In this document: piece by piece, positions 1-8,246 of the stretch
Layout: the number at the start of each line of letters is the position of its first letter
Numbering within the stretch: the stretch's first letter is position 1
Program-made: the position numbers and the translations under genes
Origin: Bacteroidota bacterium
GTDB lineage: Bacteria; Bacteroidota; Ignavibacteria; UBA10030; UBA6906
Assembly: GCA_036732865.1 (NCBI GenBank)
Contig: DAINBR010000001.1
Coordinates: forward strand, 1 to 34,762
Direction of reading: 5' to 3'
DNA length: 34,762 nucleotides
Notes under the pieces: generated by a model
Told to the model about the DNA's origin: nothing
Databases searched by the model: none
What the model saw: only the letters and a program-made list of their open reading frames with translations

Positions 1-227
1 CCGGTGAGGTGCTGGGCCTGGATCTTGGAACCAGCAGCGCACAGACTTCCACAGAGTCCATCGAGCCCGGGCTTCTTGATCTTTGTGTATCGTTGCGCTC
101 GGAACTCCGGCGTGAGAAACTCTGGACTCTCTCCGACAAGATCCGGGATGGTCTGATCGCTCTCGGCATCGTCCTCGAGGACAAGAAAGAAGGAACGACG
201 TGGAAGCGCATGCGTGCAGGCCAATAG
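1..227 (+). CDS. cysS: Cysteine--tRNA ligase, C-terminal fragment (5' end lies outside the window)
   Basis: The frame is open from the window edge (codon phase of pos 3) to TAG 225-227. The tail ...LWTLSDKIRDGLIALGIVLEDKKEGTTWKR resembles the conserved CysS C-terminal tail (xDxIRDxLxxxGIxLEDxxxGTxW). Only about 74 aa are visible. Confidence 0.6.
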   Translation, partial: GEVLGLDLGTSSAQTSTESIEPGLLDLCVSLRSELRREKLWTLSDKIRDGLIALGIVLEDKKEGTTWKRMRAGQ

Positions 228-991
228 CTTTCGTACTGTGCACCGTTGCGCTGTTGCTCTGCGGTGTGCGGGTTGCGGTCGGGCAGGGGTCGGCCGGCAC
301 TGACGGACGTCTGGAACCAAGATTTCTTGTCGATATGCCGACTGCCGGCATGCCGGACAAAAGCACCGTCGTACTGGACATCGATTTCTACCGGGAAGGT
401 GGCCTGCTTTTTGGCATCAGCACAGGAATTTTCGACCGCCTCAGCCTGGGTCTCTCCTACGGCGGGTCACGGATCATCGGTTCCGGCTCGCCGGCGATGC
501 ATCCCCTCCCCGGAATGAACCTCCGTCTTCGCATTCTTGAAGAAGGGCTGGTCTTCCCTGCACTCACCCTGGGTTTCGATTCGCAGGGGAAAGACGGCTA
601 TCTGACAGAGCTGGATCGCTACCGGGTCAAATCTCCCGGATTGTTCGTCGCGGTGAGCAAGAACTACTCGTTCCTTGGATACCTGAGCGTTCACGGGGGA
701 GCCAACTACAGTTTTGAACGCGCCGATGGGGACCGGGATGTGAACGTCTTCACCGGCGTCGAAAAGACCATCGGTCCGGTACTCTCGTTTGTCATGGAGT
801 ACAATTTCGGCACAAATGATAACAGCGCGGAGGCTGTGGGGAAGGGGTGGGGGTATATCAATGCAGCAATCAGGCTGATGCTGGGAAGCGGGTTGACTGT
901 CAGTTTCAATCTTAAAGATATCGTCAAGAACGGTCCCGACATCACCGTGGCCAACCGGACCATATCTCTCGAGTACGCAAGGGCCTTCTGA
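200..991 (+). CDS. Uncharacterised outer-membrane beta-barrel protein with signal peptide
   Basis: GTG at 200 is preceded by GAAGGA (189-194) at 5-nt spacing and overlaps the cysS end by 28 nt. There is a hydrophobic N-terminus (IAFVLCTVALLLCGV). The body shows alternating amphipathic strand patterns rich in G/Y/F/S/N. The C-terminus ...ISLEYARAF ends in an aromatic residue, typical of BAM-dependent OMPs. Confidence 0.6.
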   Translation: MEAHACRPIAFVLCTVALLLCGVRVAVGQGSAGTDGRLEPRFLVDMPTAGMPDKSTVVLDIDFYREGGLLFGISTGIFDRLSLGLSYGGSRIIGSGSPAMHPLPGMNLRLRILEEGLVFPALTLGFDSQGKDGYLTELDRYRVKSPGLFVAVSKNYSFLGYLSVHGGANYSFERADGDRDVNVFTGVEKTIGPVLSFVMEYNFGTNDNSAEAVGKGWGYINAAIRLMLGSGLTVSFNLKDIVKNGPDITVANRTISLEYARAF

Positions 992-1144
992 ACGTGACTG
1001 TTGCTTTTCGTGGACTACCGGGGCCTGATTGTCTCAAAATCGATACATTGACCCGGTGAAAACGGCTAAAAGCAATGTATTTTGAGAAGAAACCATATGG
1101 CATCATTATTGCAATTCGAAGGCATAGAGTAGGAGGATTTGATC

Positions 1145-2080
1145 ATGAAATCACGTCATACAACCTGGATGTCCATCGGCGCCGCCGGAATCATTGCTCT
1201 CCTTTCAAGCGGATGCTACACACAATTCGGGCCCACAAGGGACGAGGAAGTTGTCCGCTATGAAGATCAGGATGAGTACGAGTATACGGATGAAGACTCG
1301 GTTGCGTACACCGAGGACTATGATAACACCCGTCAACGCTTCTATGACGAGCAGTACTATCCGGGTTACTCGTTCGGCTTTGGATTCTACGATCCTTGGT
1401 CATGGCACTACCGCCCGTGGTACGGATACAATTCGTACTGGTATGATCCGTATTGGGGGTGGTGCGGCACAGGCTACCCTTATTATTCGGCATGGTGGTC
1501 ACGCCCGATCCATGGATACAACCCATCCTGGTATTATGGGTCCTCATACCGGGGCGGGCTCGGATATGCAATCAGGGGTGGGAATGCGCACGGTTCAACC
1601 CGCTCGTTCGGTTCAACCCGCTCGGCCGGCCAAGTCCGGGGCGCGAGCGGTAACACGCCGGGTGGAAGCAGAAGCAGTGGAACCGTGACTACTCCTTCAG
1701 CCGGCACATACAAAGCAAAGCCCCGAGCAGCGAACCCCGGGAGCGGAAAGTCAGCGGATCGTCCGGCGCGTGTTACATCGCCCGGCAGCGGCCGTGGCAG
1801 TTCGCGCGAAGCAACGCGAAGCGAGACACCGAGATCTTCCCCCCGTCCGAACAGCGGCGGGCGGGAATCAGCACGCGGAGCACGTTCATACTCGCCGCCT
1901 CCTTCATCGTCGGGAAACAGCGGAGGGTCTTCGGGCAGCCGTGACGGCAATCGAGGAGAACGGTCGGGTGGTTCATATTCTCCTCCCGCGTCCTCACCGG
2001 CTCCCTCATCGCCACCGCCGTCAAGCGGCGGTAGCAGTGCACCGGCGAATACCGGCAGTCGGGGCGGGAACAGACGTTGA
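1145..2080 (+). CDS. Probable lipoprotein with an acidic segment, a W/Y-rich segment and a long basic Ser/Gly/Arg/Pro disordered tail
   Basis: ATG 1145 is preceded by AGGAGGA at 7-nt spacing. The signal peptide ends in ...IIALLSSG-C (lipobox-like). The composition is described in the findings. High GC3 in this frame supports it over the long antisense ORF 1534-2676. Confidence 0.65.
   Translation: MKSRHTTWMSIGAAGIIALLSSGCYTQFGPTRDEEVVRYEDQDEYEYTDEDSVAYTEDYDNTRQRFYDEQYYPGYSFGFGFYDPWSWHYRPWYGYNSYWYDPYWGWCGTGYPYYSAWWSRPIHGYNPSWYYGSSYRGGLGYAIRGGNAHGSTRSFGSTRSAGQVRGASGNTPGGSRSSGTVTTPSAGTYKAKPRAANPGSGKSADRPARVTSPGSGRGSSREATRSETPRSSPRPNSGGRESARGARSYSPPPSSSGNSGGSSGSRDGNRGERSGGSYSPPASSPAPSSPPPSSGGSSAPANTGSRGGNRR
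1591..1626 (+). repeat. In-frame 18-bp tandem duplication (cggttcaacccgctcgtt / cggttcaacccgctcggc) encoding GSTRSF-GSTRSA
   Basis: Read directly from the sequence. 16 of 18 nt are identical between the two adjacent units. Confidence 0.9.
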
Positions 2081-2097
2081 TTCGAACAGAGGAGACC

Positions 2098-3537
2098 ATG
2101 AAACGTACATTTGGTAACGTCATCGCATCTACAGCAGTTCTTGCGCTGACAGCAGTGCAGGCTTTCGGACAGTATCCTGAAGATGCATTGCGGCTCGGTC
2201 TGACGAGCACAGGTGTGGGAAGCCGGTCGCTCGGCATGGGAAATGCCTATACCGGCGTTGCGAACGACTTCAGTGCGCTCTACTGGAACCCCGCGGGTCT
2301 CGCCCAGCTTCAGTTCAGCGAGTTCTCTCTCGGGCTTTCCTACCACAAGAATGCTGACAAGAGCACGTTTTTCAATAAACAGGAAAATTACAGCAGCACC
2401 TCCACCAATCTCAATGGCCTCGGTCTGGTGTACAAGATACCCACGAACCGGGGCAGCATGGTACTGGCCTTCGGGTACGACCGCCAGAGCAACTTCGCCA
2501 GCGGAATGTCGTTTACCGGATTCAATCCCGGGAGCAGCATCATTCAGTCCTATGCCCGCAACGGTTCGTTCTATCCGTCGGATCTGTCGGACAACGTTGC
2601 GTACCAACTGTACCTGGCTGACATTGATACCGTGACGGGGCGATTCACGAGTCCCATTACCGGCAGGGTGACACAAATCGCCAAGGTAGTGGAGGGCGGG
2701 GGACTCAACAACTGGTCCATGGGTGGGGGGGTAGATGTCGCCAAGGATTTGAGTCTTGGTGTGACGCTCACGTACCTCTCCGGCACGTACCGGTATGACC
2801 GGAACTACGCGGAGGAAGATCGCGACCGCAATTGGGACGCATACCCGTACGACTTCAATCGTCTGTCCGTTGACGAGTACATCGAAAGTGACATCAGCGG
2901 CGGCAATGCAAAGTTCGGACTGCTCTACAGGATTCCGGACCGTTTCCGGCTCGGCGTTGCCGCAAAGACACCGACATCGTTCACCGTGAAAGAAAACTTC
3001 GGCATCACTGCGACGAGCGTCTTCGACAACGGCGACACGTATCCACTGGATGAGGCTTTCGAGTCAAACGGAAGCGGCGAGTATGACGTGGTCACGCCAT
3101 GGGAATTCAGTGCAGGCGTTTCGGTGGTATTGCGCGATCTGATGGTCTCAGCAGATATCGATTATACCGATTGGACGCAGCTGAGGTTTGAAAACGCCAA
3201 TGCCGACTTGATTGCGCAGAACAGGGACATGAAGACCATCTTCCGCGGCGCGTCCAACTACCGGGTAGGGATCGAATATGACCTTGCAAAGATCGGCGTC
3301 CGGTTGCGCGGTGGATTTATGTACTTCTCTTCCCCGTATGCAAATGACCCGTCGACATACGACCAGAAGTATATCACAGGGGGAATCGGATTCCTGCTGG
3401 GTCCCTCCACGATGCTTGACATCGCATATGCACGGGGGTGGTGGGAGACATTCAGAACGAACTACGACGTCAGCTCGCTGACGGACGAAACGCTGACCAC
3501 CAATACCGTCTTGGCGACCTTCTCGTACCGCTTCTAG
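2098..3537 (+). CDS. FadL/PorV-superfamily outer-membrane beta-barrel (membrane transport protein family)
   Basis: ATG 2098 is preceded by GAGGAG; the ORF-track TTG at 2077 is less likely. The signal peptide is ...LALTAVQAFG-QY. The N-terminal motif SLGMGNAYTGVANDFSALYWNPAGLAQL matches the hatch/plug motif shared by FadL/TodX and PorV families. The C-terminus is ...LATFSYRF. Confidence 0.7.
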   Translation: MKRTFGNVIASTAVLALTAVQAFGQYPEDALRLGLTSTGVGSRSLGMGNAYTGVANDFSALYWNPAGLAQLQFSEFSLGLSYHKNADKSTFFNKQENYSSTSTNLNGLGLVYKIPTNRGSMVLAFGYDRQSNFASGMSFTGFNPGSSIIQSYARNGSFYPSDLSDNVAYQLYLADIDTVTGRFTSPITGRVTQIAKVVEGGGLNNWSMGGGVDVAKDLSLGVTLTYLSGTYRYDRNYAEEDRDRNWDAYPYDFNRLSVDEYIESDISGGNAKFGLLYRIPDRFRLGVAAKTPTSFTVKENFGITATSVFDNGDTYPLDEAFESNGSGEYDVVTPWEFSAGVSVVLRDLMVSADIDYTDWTQLRFENANADLIAQNRDMKTIFRGASNYRVGIEYDLAKIGVRLRGGFMYFSSPYANDPSTYDQKYITGGIGFLLGPSTMLDIAYARGWWETFRTNYDVSSLTDETLTTNTVLATFSYRF

Positions 3538-3549
3538 CGATCCGGTTGT

Positions 3550-3578
3550 TTGCAACAGTACGGGCGATTCTCTATATT
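3550..3578 (+). promoter_or_regulatory. Sigma70-like promoter: TTGCAA (3550-3555), 17-nt spacer, TATATT (3573-3578)
   Basis: The hexamers and spacer were read directly. It lies 60 nt upstream of the acylase GTG. Promoter consensus in this lineage is unknown, so this is a prediction only. Confidence 0.35.
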
Positions 3579-3618
3579 GAAGTCCGCCACGCGAAAGCGC
3601 GACGGACTTCGCGTTTTT
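3579..3618 (+). terminator. Rho-independent terminator after the FadL/PorV-like gene
   Basis: The outer stem is GAAGTCCG (3579-3586) paired with CGGACTTC (3603-3610). An inner CGC-GAAA-GCG tetraloop hairpin sits inside it. GCG and TTTTT (3614-3618) follow. Confidence 0.75.
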
Positions 3619-3637
3619 CCCCACCCCGGAGTACCAC

Positions 3638-6055
3638 GTGAGCAGGCGGCTGAAAATCGTCATCGGCATCAGTGGCGTCGTCATCGTCGTTGCTGTCGCG
3701 CTATTTGCATTCGTCCGCTACCAGCTCACGAAGTCGTTTCCGCTCACGACAGGATCCATCTCGCTGAAGGATGTGCGGCAACAGACAGATGTGTACCGTG
3801 ACGACTATGGTGTACCGCACATCGCCGCCCGGAATGAACGGGATGCTCTTTTTGCGATGGGATTTGTCCATGCCCAGGATCGCCTCTGGCAAATGGACCT
3901 CCAGAGGCGGGCCGGGGCCGGACGGCTTTCGGAAATTGTGGGAATTGCCACGCTCCCGTTTGACCGGATGTTTCGTATTGTCGGACTGCAACGGATCGCC
4001 GTTCAAATCGAGCGGAACCTCTCCGAACAGACGCGCAACGATTTGCAGGCGTACTGCGAGGGCGTCAATGCGTGGTGCATGCGGTCTGCGGGAAAACTGC
4101 CGATCGAGTTCGACCTCCTGCGCTACGAACCGGAACCATGGACACCAGTTGACTGCATTCTCGTCGGCCGCCTGCTCGCATGGGAACTCAATCTGTCATG
4201 GTGGACAGACATCACCTACGGGGCACTGGTTGCCCGACTGGGCAAGGATACCGTGGCGCAGATACTCCCGCCGTTCCCCCAGTCAGTGCCTCCGCAGGTT
4301 CCGGCTGATCAATGGCACCACTATGCAGCCTCCCTGCACGACTATCTCACGACATCACAAGACTACCTCGCCTATTGCGGTCGGCCGCTCCCCGGCACCG
4401 GAAGTAATGCGTGGGTCATCGGTCCGCACCGTTCGGAGACCGGCAAAGTTATCCTTGCGAACGATACGCATCTTCACCTGACACAACCCCCGCAATGGTA
4501 TGAGATAGGTGTACGCGCACCCGGACTGGCTTTCCACGGGATGTCGGTGCCCGGCGCCCCGGGCATTGTCGCCGGCAGAAATGACTCGATCGCGTGGGGC
4601 ATCACCAATCTGATGGCCGACGATGCGGACTTCTTTGTTGAACAGATCAATGAAGCGGACAATACTTACTGGTATGAAGATGCCTGGCACCCGCTCACCG
4701 TGCGCGAGGAGGAAATTACCGTGCGCGGGGACTCCTCGGTCATGCTGCGCATTCGCGCAACGGCGAACGGACCCATCGTAACGGACATCCGCACTCCCTT
4801 AAACCGCGCGACCCCACCCTGGGCTGCGAGCATGCGATGGGTCGGGGCGGAGATGGACGACCAGCTGGGTGCATTTCTGCGGATCAACCGCGCACACGAT
4901 TGGGCTGGATTCCTCAAAGCGCTGGAAGGCTATGCCCTCCCCGGCCAGAACTTTGTGTACGGAGATGTGCGGGGGAACATCGGCTACTGCTGTGCTGCCC
5001 GTCTCCCGATCCGGGGATCCGGGCGCGGGCTCCTGCCGGGGGCCGGATGGGACCGGGCTGCGGGGTGGACAGGCTTCGTGCCGTTCGACCGGCTTCCGCA
5101 CATTTTCAACCCGCCTGCCGGATATCTTGCGAGCGCCAACAACAAGACTGTCGACGACTCCTACCCGTACTATATCGGTGACCTCTGGGAACCCCCGTCC
5201 AGGATTGAGCGTCTCCGTTCTCTCTTCGACGTTCCCGACAGCAAGATATCCGTCCACGATTGCCGGCAGCTGCAGAATGAAACGTACTCACCGCTTGCCA
5301 AAGAACTGGCTCCATTCCTTCTGGCCGCCGCCGCCGACAGCGTGATCGGCACAGGCCTGGGGGAGCGGGTGCGTGAATACCTGACGAACTGGGATTTCCG
5401 ATTCACGGCGAACGATATTGCCACGTCGATCTATCAGGAGTTTCTGCTGCAGCTGGTCAGGAATATTTTCCTCGATGAAATGGGTGAGGATCTCTTTCAC
5501 GATTTCACGATGCTGGTGAATGTTCCGTTACGGGTGACGACCAAGCTGGTGAAGGAAGGGACATCCGTCTGGTTTGATGATGTGCGCACACCCGCTGTTG
5601 AGACGCGTGATGACATACTCCGGCGGAGTGCCGGGGAGGCGATTCGTGATCTCATCGCGCGGGCAGGTGAGGACCCGCGATTGTGGCGATGGGGAAATGT
5701 GCATACGGTCACACTCCGGCATATCTTCGGGATGCAGCCCCCGCTGGACAGGGTGTTCAACATCGGACCATTCCCCTATCCGGGGGCATCTACGGCCCTC
5801 ATGAGCGGTGAGTACAGCTTCGCTGCACCGTTTGCCGTGACTGTAGGGGCGTCGTTCCGCCAGATCTTTTCGTTTGCAGATTCCGGGACTCATCTGGCTG
5901 TTCTTCCTTCGGGAGAATCGGGTCAGGTGTACCATCCCCATTACGATGATCAGACATCGCTGTGGCTGCACGGAGCGTACCGCACAGTTGTACGGGAGCC
6001 GGGCAGTCAGCCCGGGGACCATCTTCGTCTGCTTCCCGCGGGGGTCCCGCAGTGA
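3638..6055 (+). CDS. Penicillin acylase family Ntn-hydrolase (penicillin amidase / acyl-homoserine-lactone acylase-like), N-terminal membrane anchor
   Basis: GTG 3638 has GGAG 6 nt upstream. There is an N-terminal TM segment (IVIGISGVVIVVAVALFAFV). Family motifs are GVPHIAARNERDALFAMGFVHAQDRLWQMDLQRR and the GSNAW nucleophile site (G-SNAWVIGP). Confidence 0.85.
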   Translation: MSRRLKIVIGISGVVIVVAVALFAFVRYQLTKSFPLTTGSISLKDVRQQTDVYRDDYGVPHIAARNERDALFAMGFVHAQDRLWQMDLQRRAGAGRLSEIVGIATLPFDRMFRIVGLQRIAVQIERNLSEQTRNDLQAYCEGVNAWCMRSAGKLPIEFDLLRYEPEPWTPVDCILVGRLLAWELNLSWWTDITYGALVARLGKDTVAQILPPFPQSVPPQVPADQWHHYAASLHDYLTTSQDYLAYCGRPLPGTGSNAWVIGPHRSETGKVILANDTHLHLTQPPQWYEIGVRAPGLAFHGMSVPGAPGIVAGRNDSIAWGITNLMADDADFFVEQINEADNTYWYEDAWHPLTVREEEITVRGDSSVMLRIRATANGPIVTDIRTPLNRATPPWAASMRWVGAEMDDQLGAFLRINRAHDWAGFLKALEGYALPGQNFVYGDVRGNIGYCCAARLPIRGSGRGLLPGAGWDRAAGWTGFVPFDRLPHIFNPPAGYLASANNKTVDDSYPYYIGDLWEPPSRIERLRSLFDVPDSKISVHDCRQLQNETYSPLAKELAPFLLAAAADSVIGTGLGERVREYLTNWDFRFTANDIATSIYQEFLLQLVRNIFLDEMGEDLFHDFTMLVNVPLRVTTKLVKEGTSVWFDDVRTPAVETRDDILRRSAGEAIRDLIARAGEDPRLWRWGNVHTVTLRHIFGMQPPLDRVFNIGPFPYPGASTALMSGEYSFAAPFAVTVGASFRQIFSFADSGTHLAVLPSGESGQVYHPHYDDQTSLWLHGAYRTVVREPGSQPGDHLRLLPAGVPQ

Positions 6056-6804
6056 TCATCGGCGATCGTTTGAAACGCTGCCTTGCAGAAGCCCGGCACA
6101 TCGTAGCATTCACGGGGGCGGGGATATCCGCAGAAAGCGGTGTGCCGACATTCCGCGGTGCGGGCGGCATCTGGAACACCATGCGTCCCGAAGAACTCGC
6201 AAGCATGGAGGGATTTCTCCGCAATCCGCGGCTTGTGTGGGAGTGGTACGCATACCGGAAACGTGTTATTGCGGAAGTACAGCCGAATGCGGGACATTGT
6301 GCGCTGGCCCGGATGGAGAAGCTGGTGCCGGATTTCTCCGTGATTACGCAGAACATCGATAACCTCCATCGCCGTGCAGGCAGCGTCCGGGTGTTTGAAT
6401 TGCACGGGAATATCGAACGGAACTACTGCATAACATGCGGGCGCCGGTATTCCAATGAAGAAGTGCTGCAGGCAGCCGGAGTTCCCCGCTGTGCCGCGTG
6501 CAACGGCAACATCCGGCCGGATGTGGTGTGGTTTGGCGAGTTGCTTCCCGATGACCAATGGGAAGGCTCGGTGCGCGCATCGGAATCGGCTTCGTTGTTT
6601 CTCTCCATCGGCACCTCAGCCGTCGTGTATCCGGCAGCTTCGCTGCCGGTGATAGCAAAAGCACATGGAGCATATCTTGTGGAAATCAACCCTGAGCCGA
6701 CACCGCTGACCGAGCGCGCAGATGAATTCCTGCAGGGGCCGGCGGGAAGCGTACTGCCGGAATTGTGTGACGTGTTGTATGAAGCACGAAAGGTATTGCC
6801 GTGA
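6052..6804 (+). CDS. cobB: NAD-dependent protein deacylase (Sir2/CobB family)
   Basis: Motifs are GAGISAESGVPTFRG, QNIDNLH, catalytic ELHGN, and a zinc ribbon CITCG...CAACNG. The start is set at GTG 6052, which forms a GTGA overlap with the acylase stop. The ORF-track start at 5962 would add 30 non-conserved residues inside the acylase gene. Confidence 0.85.
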   Translation: MIIGDRLKRCLAEARHIVAFTGAGISAESGVPTFRGAGGIWNTMRPEELASMEGFLRNPRLVWEWYAYRKRVIAEVQPNAGHCALARMEKLVPDFSVITQNIDNLHRRAGSVRVFELHGNIERNYCITCGRRYSNEEVLQAAGVPRCAACNGNIRPDVVWFGELLPDDQWEGSVRASESASLFLSIGTSAVVYPAASLPVIAKAHGAYLVEINPEPTPLTERADEFLQGPAGSVLPELCDVLYEARKVLP

Positions 6805-8240
6805 AAATCCTTCCCGGAAAAGCACGCATCGTCTGCACACTGGGTCCCTCCTCCCGTGAACCGGCCGTATTGTCCAGGATGGCGGAAGCCGGCATGGATG
6901 TCGCACGGTTGAATTTCTCCCATGGGTCCCACGACGATCATGCGCGCCTGATTGCCGGCGTGCGGAACACTGCTCAGGAAGCGGGTGTGCCTCTGTGCAT
7001 TATGCAAGATCTTCAAGGTCCGAAGATCCGCATTGGCGCTCTCGCCGATGGCTCTGTGGAACTCGTCGCGGGAAAGACCGTTGTTATTACCACGGAACCG
7101 TGGCCGGGAACCGCCGAACGGGTGCCGACATCGTTTGTGAGTCTCCCGCACAGTGTGCACGCGGGAGATACGATCCTGCTGGACGACGGCAAATTGCGCC
7201 TGACGGTGCTGACCACGTCGGAGAAAGATGTGACGTGCGAGGTGAATGTGGGAGGGAAGCTGAGTTCACGAAAAGGGATCAATCTGCCGGGCGTCGCCTT
7301 GAGCATTCCATCGATCACTTTGAAGGACCTGGAGGATCTGGCTTTCGGCATCAAGAACGAATTGGACTACACGGCTTTGTCATTTGTGCGGTCAGCCGAC
7401 GACGTGCGCGCCCTGCGCAGCGCCATTGAGCAATGTGCCGGGCCCGGGACATACCATCCTGTCGTCGCGAAGATCGAGAAACCGCAGGCGCTTCTCAATA
7501 TCGATGAGATCATTGCCGAAGCGGATGGAATCATGGTCGCCAGGGGCGATCTCGGCGTAGAAATTTCCCCCGAAGAGGTGCCCCTGCATCAGAAACGCAT
7601 CATCGCCAAGTGCAACCGCGCCGGCAAGCCCGTGATCGTCGCAACACAGATGTTCGAATCAATGATTGTCAATCCCATACCGACCCGGGCGGAAGCCAGT
7701 GACGCCGCGAACGCGGTGCTTGACGGTGCGGATGCGGTGATGCTCAGCGGCGAAACATCCATCGGCGCATACCCCGTGGAAGCCGTTGCGATGATGACCC
7801 GCATCATCAACAACGTAGAGAACGAGGCGGGACGTGCGTGGCAATCGACGCACACCGCTCCGGACGTTGTGCCGGACTACCATGAGGCGCTCGGAAAGGC
7901 GGCGTGTGTCTTAGCGGAGCAGATACATGCCGCGGCGATCGTGACCGTGACTCAGAGCGGCATGACGGCGCGTATTGTCGCCCATCACCGTCCCCGAACC
8001 CCGATTGTAGCTGTGACCAACTCCGCGGCCACTCTGCGCCGCCTGAATCTCGTATGGGGTGTGCATGGGCTTCTCGTGGACCAGGTGTTTGCCGATTCGG
8101 ACAGTACACTGCGTGCCGTGGAAGATCGCCTTGCAGCGGAAGGAGTGTTGCAGAGCGGAGAGATGTATGTGTTGATTGCCGGTCAACCGCTCTTTGCCGG
8201 CGGCGGGACCAATCTCATCAAAGTGGAATACAGAAGATAG
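6801..8240 (+). CDS. pyk: Pyruvate kinase
   Basis: The N-terminus is KARIVCTLGPSS...MDVARLNFSHGSHDDH. Further motifs are MVARGDLGVEI and ...ATQMFESMI. The length of about 479 aa fits. GTG 6801 forms a GTGA overlap with the cobB stop, with GAAAGG 7 nt upstream. Confidence 0.9.
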   Translation: MKILPGKARIVCTLGPSSREPAVLSRMAEAGMDVARLNFSHGSHDDHARLIAGVRNTAQEAGVPLCIMQDLQGPKIRIGALADGSVELVAGKTVVITTEPWPGTAERVPTSFVSLPHSVHAGDTILLDDGKLRLTVLTTSEKDVTCEVNVGGKLSSRKGINLPGVALSIPSITLKDLEDLAFGIKNELDYTALSFVRSADDVRALRSAIEQCAGPGTYHPVVAKIEKPQALLNIDEIIAEADGIMVARGDLGVEISPEEVPLHQKRIIAKCNRAGKPVIVATQMFESMIVNPIPTRAEASDAANAVLDGADAVMLSGETSIGAYPVEAVAMMTRIINNVENEAGRAWQSTHTAPDVVPDYHEALGKAACVLAEQIHAAAIVTVTQSGMTARIVAHHRPRTPIVAVTNSAATLRRLNLVWGVHGLLVDQVFADSDSTLRAVEDRLAAEGVLQSGEMYVLIAGQPLFAGGGTNLIKVEYRR

Positions 8241-8246
8241 CGGTCA

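Noticed and set aside
1534-2676. 380-aa minus-strand ORF spanning the lipoprotein / FadL-like gene junction
   Set aside because: It is an antisense shadow ORF, as expected in high-GC DNA. It has no recognisable motifs and a Pro/Arg/Gly-rich mirror composition. It crosses two plus-strand genes that have SD sites, signal peptides and family motifs.
6052-6804. SIR2-domain protein as a possible anti-phage defence effector (Thoeris ThsA, DSR or SIR2-HerA type)
   Set aside because: It is a compact 250-aa canonical CobB with the deacylase motifs and a zinc ribbon. It has no fused sensor domain and no defence-type neighbours, and it is embedded between housekeeping genes.
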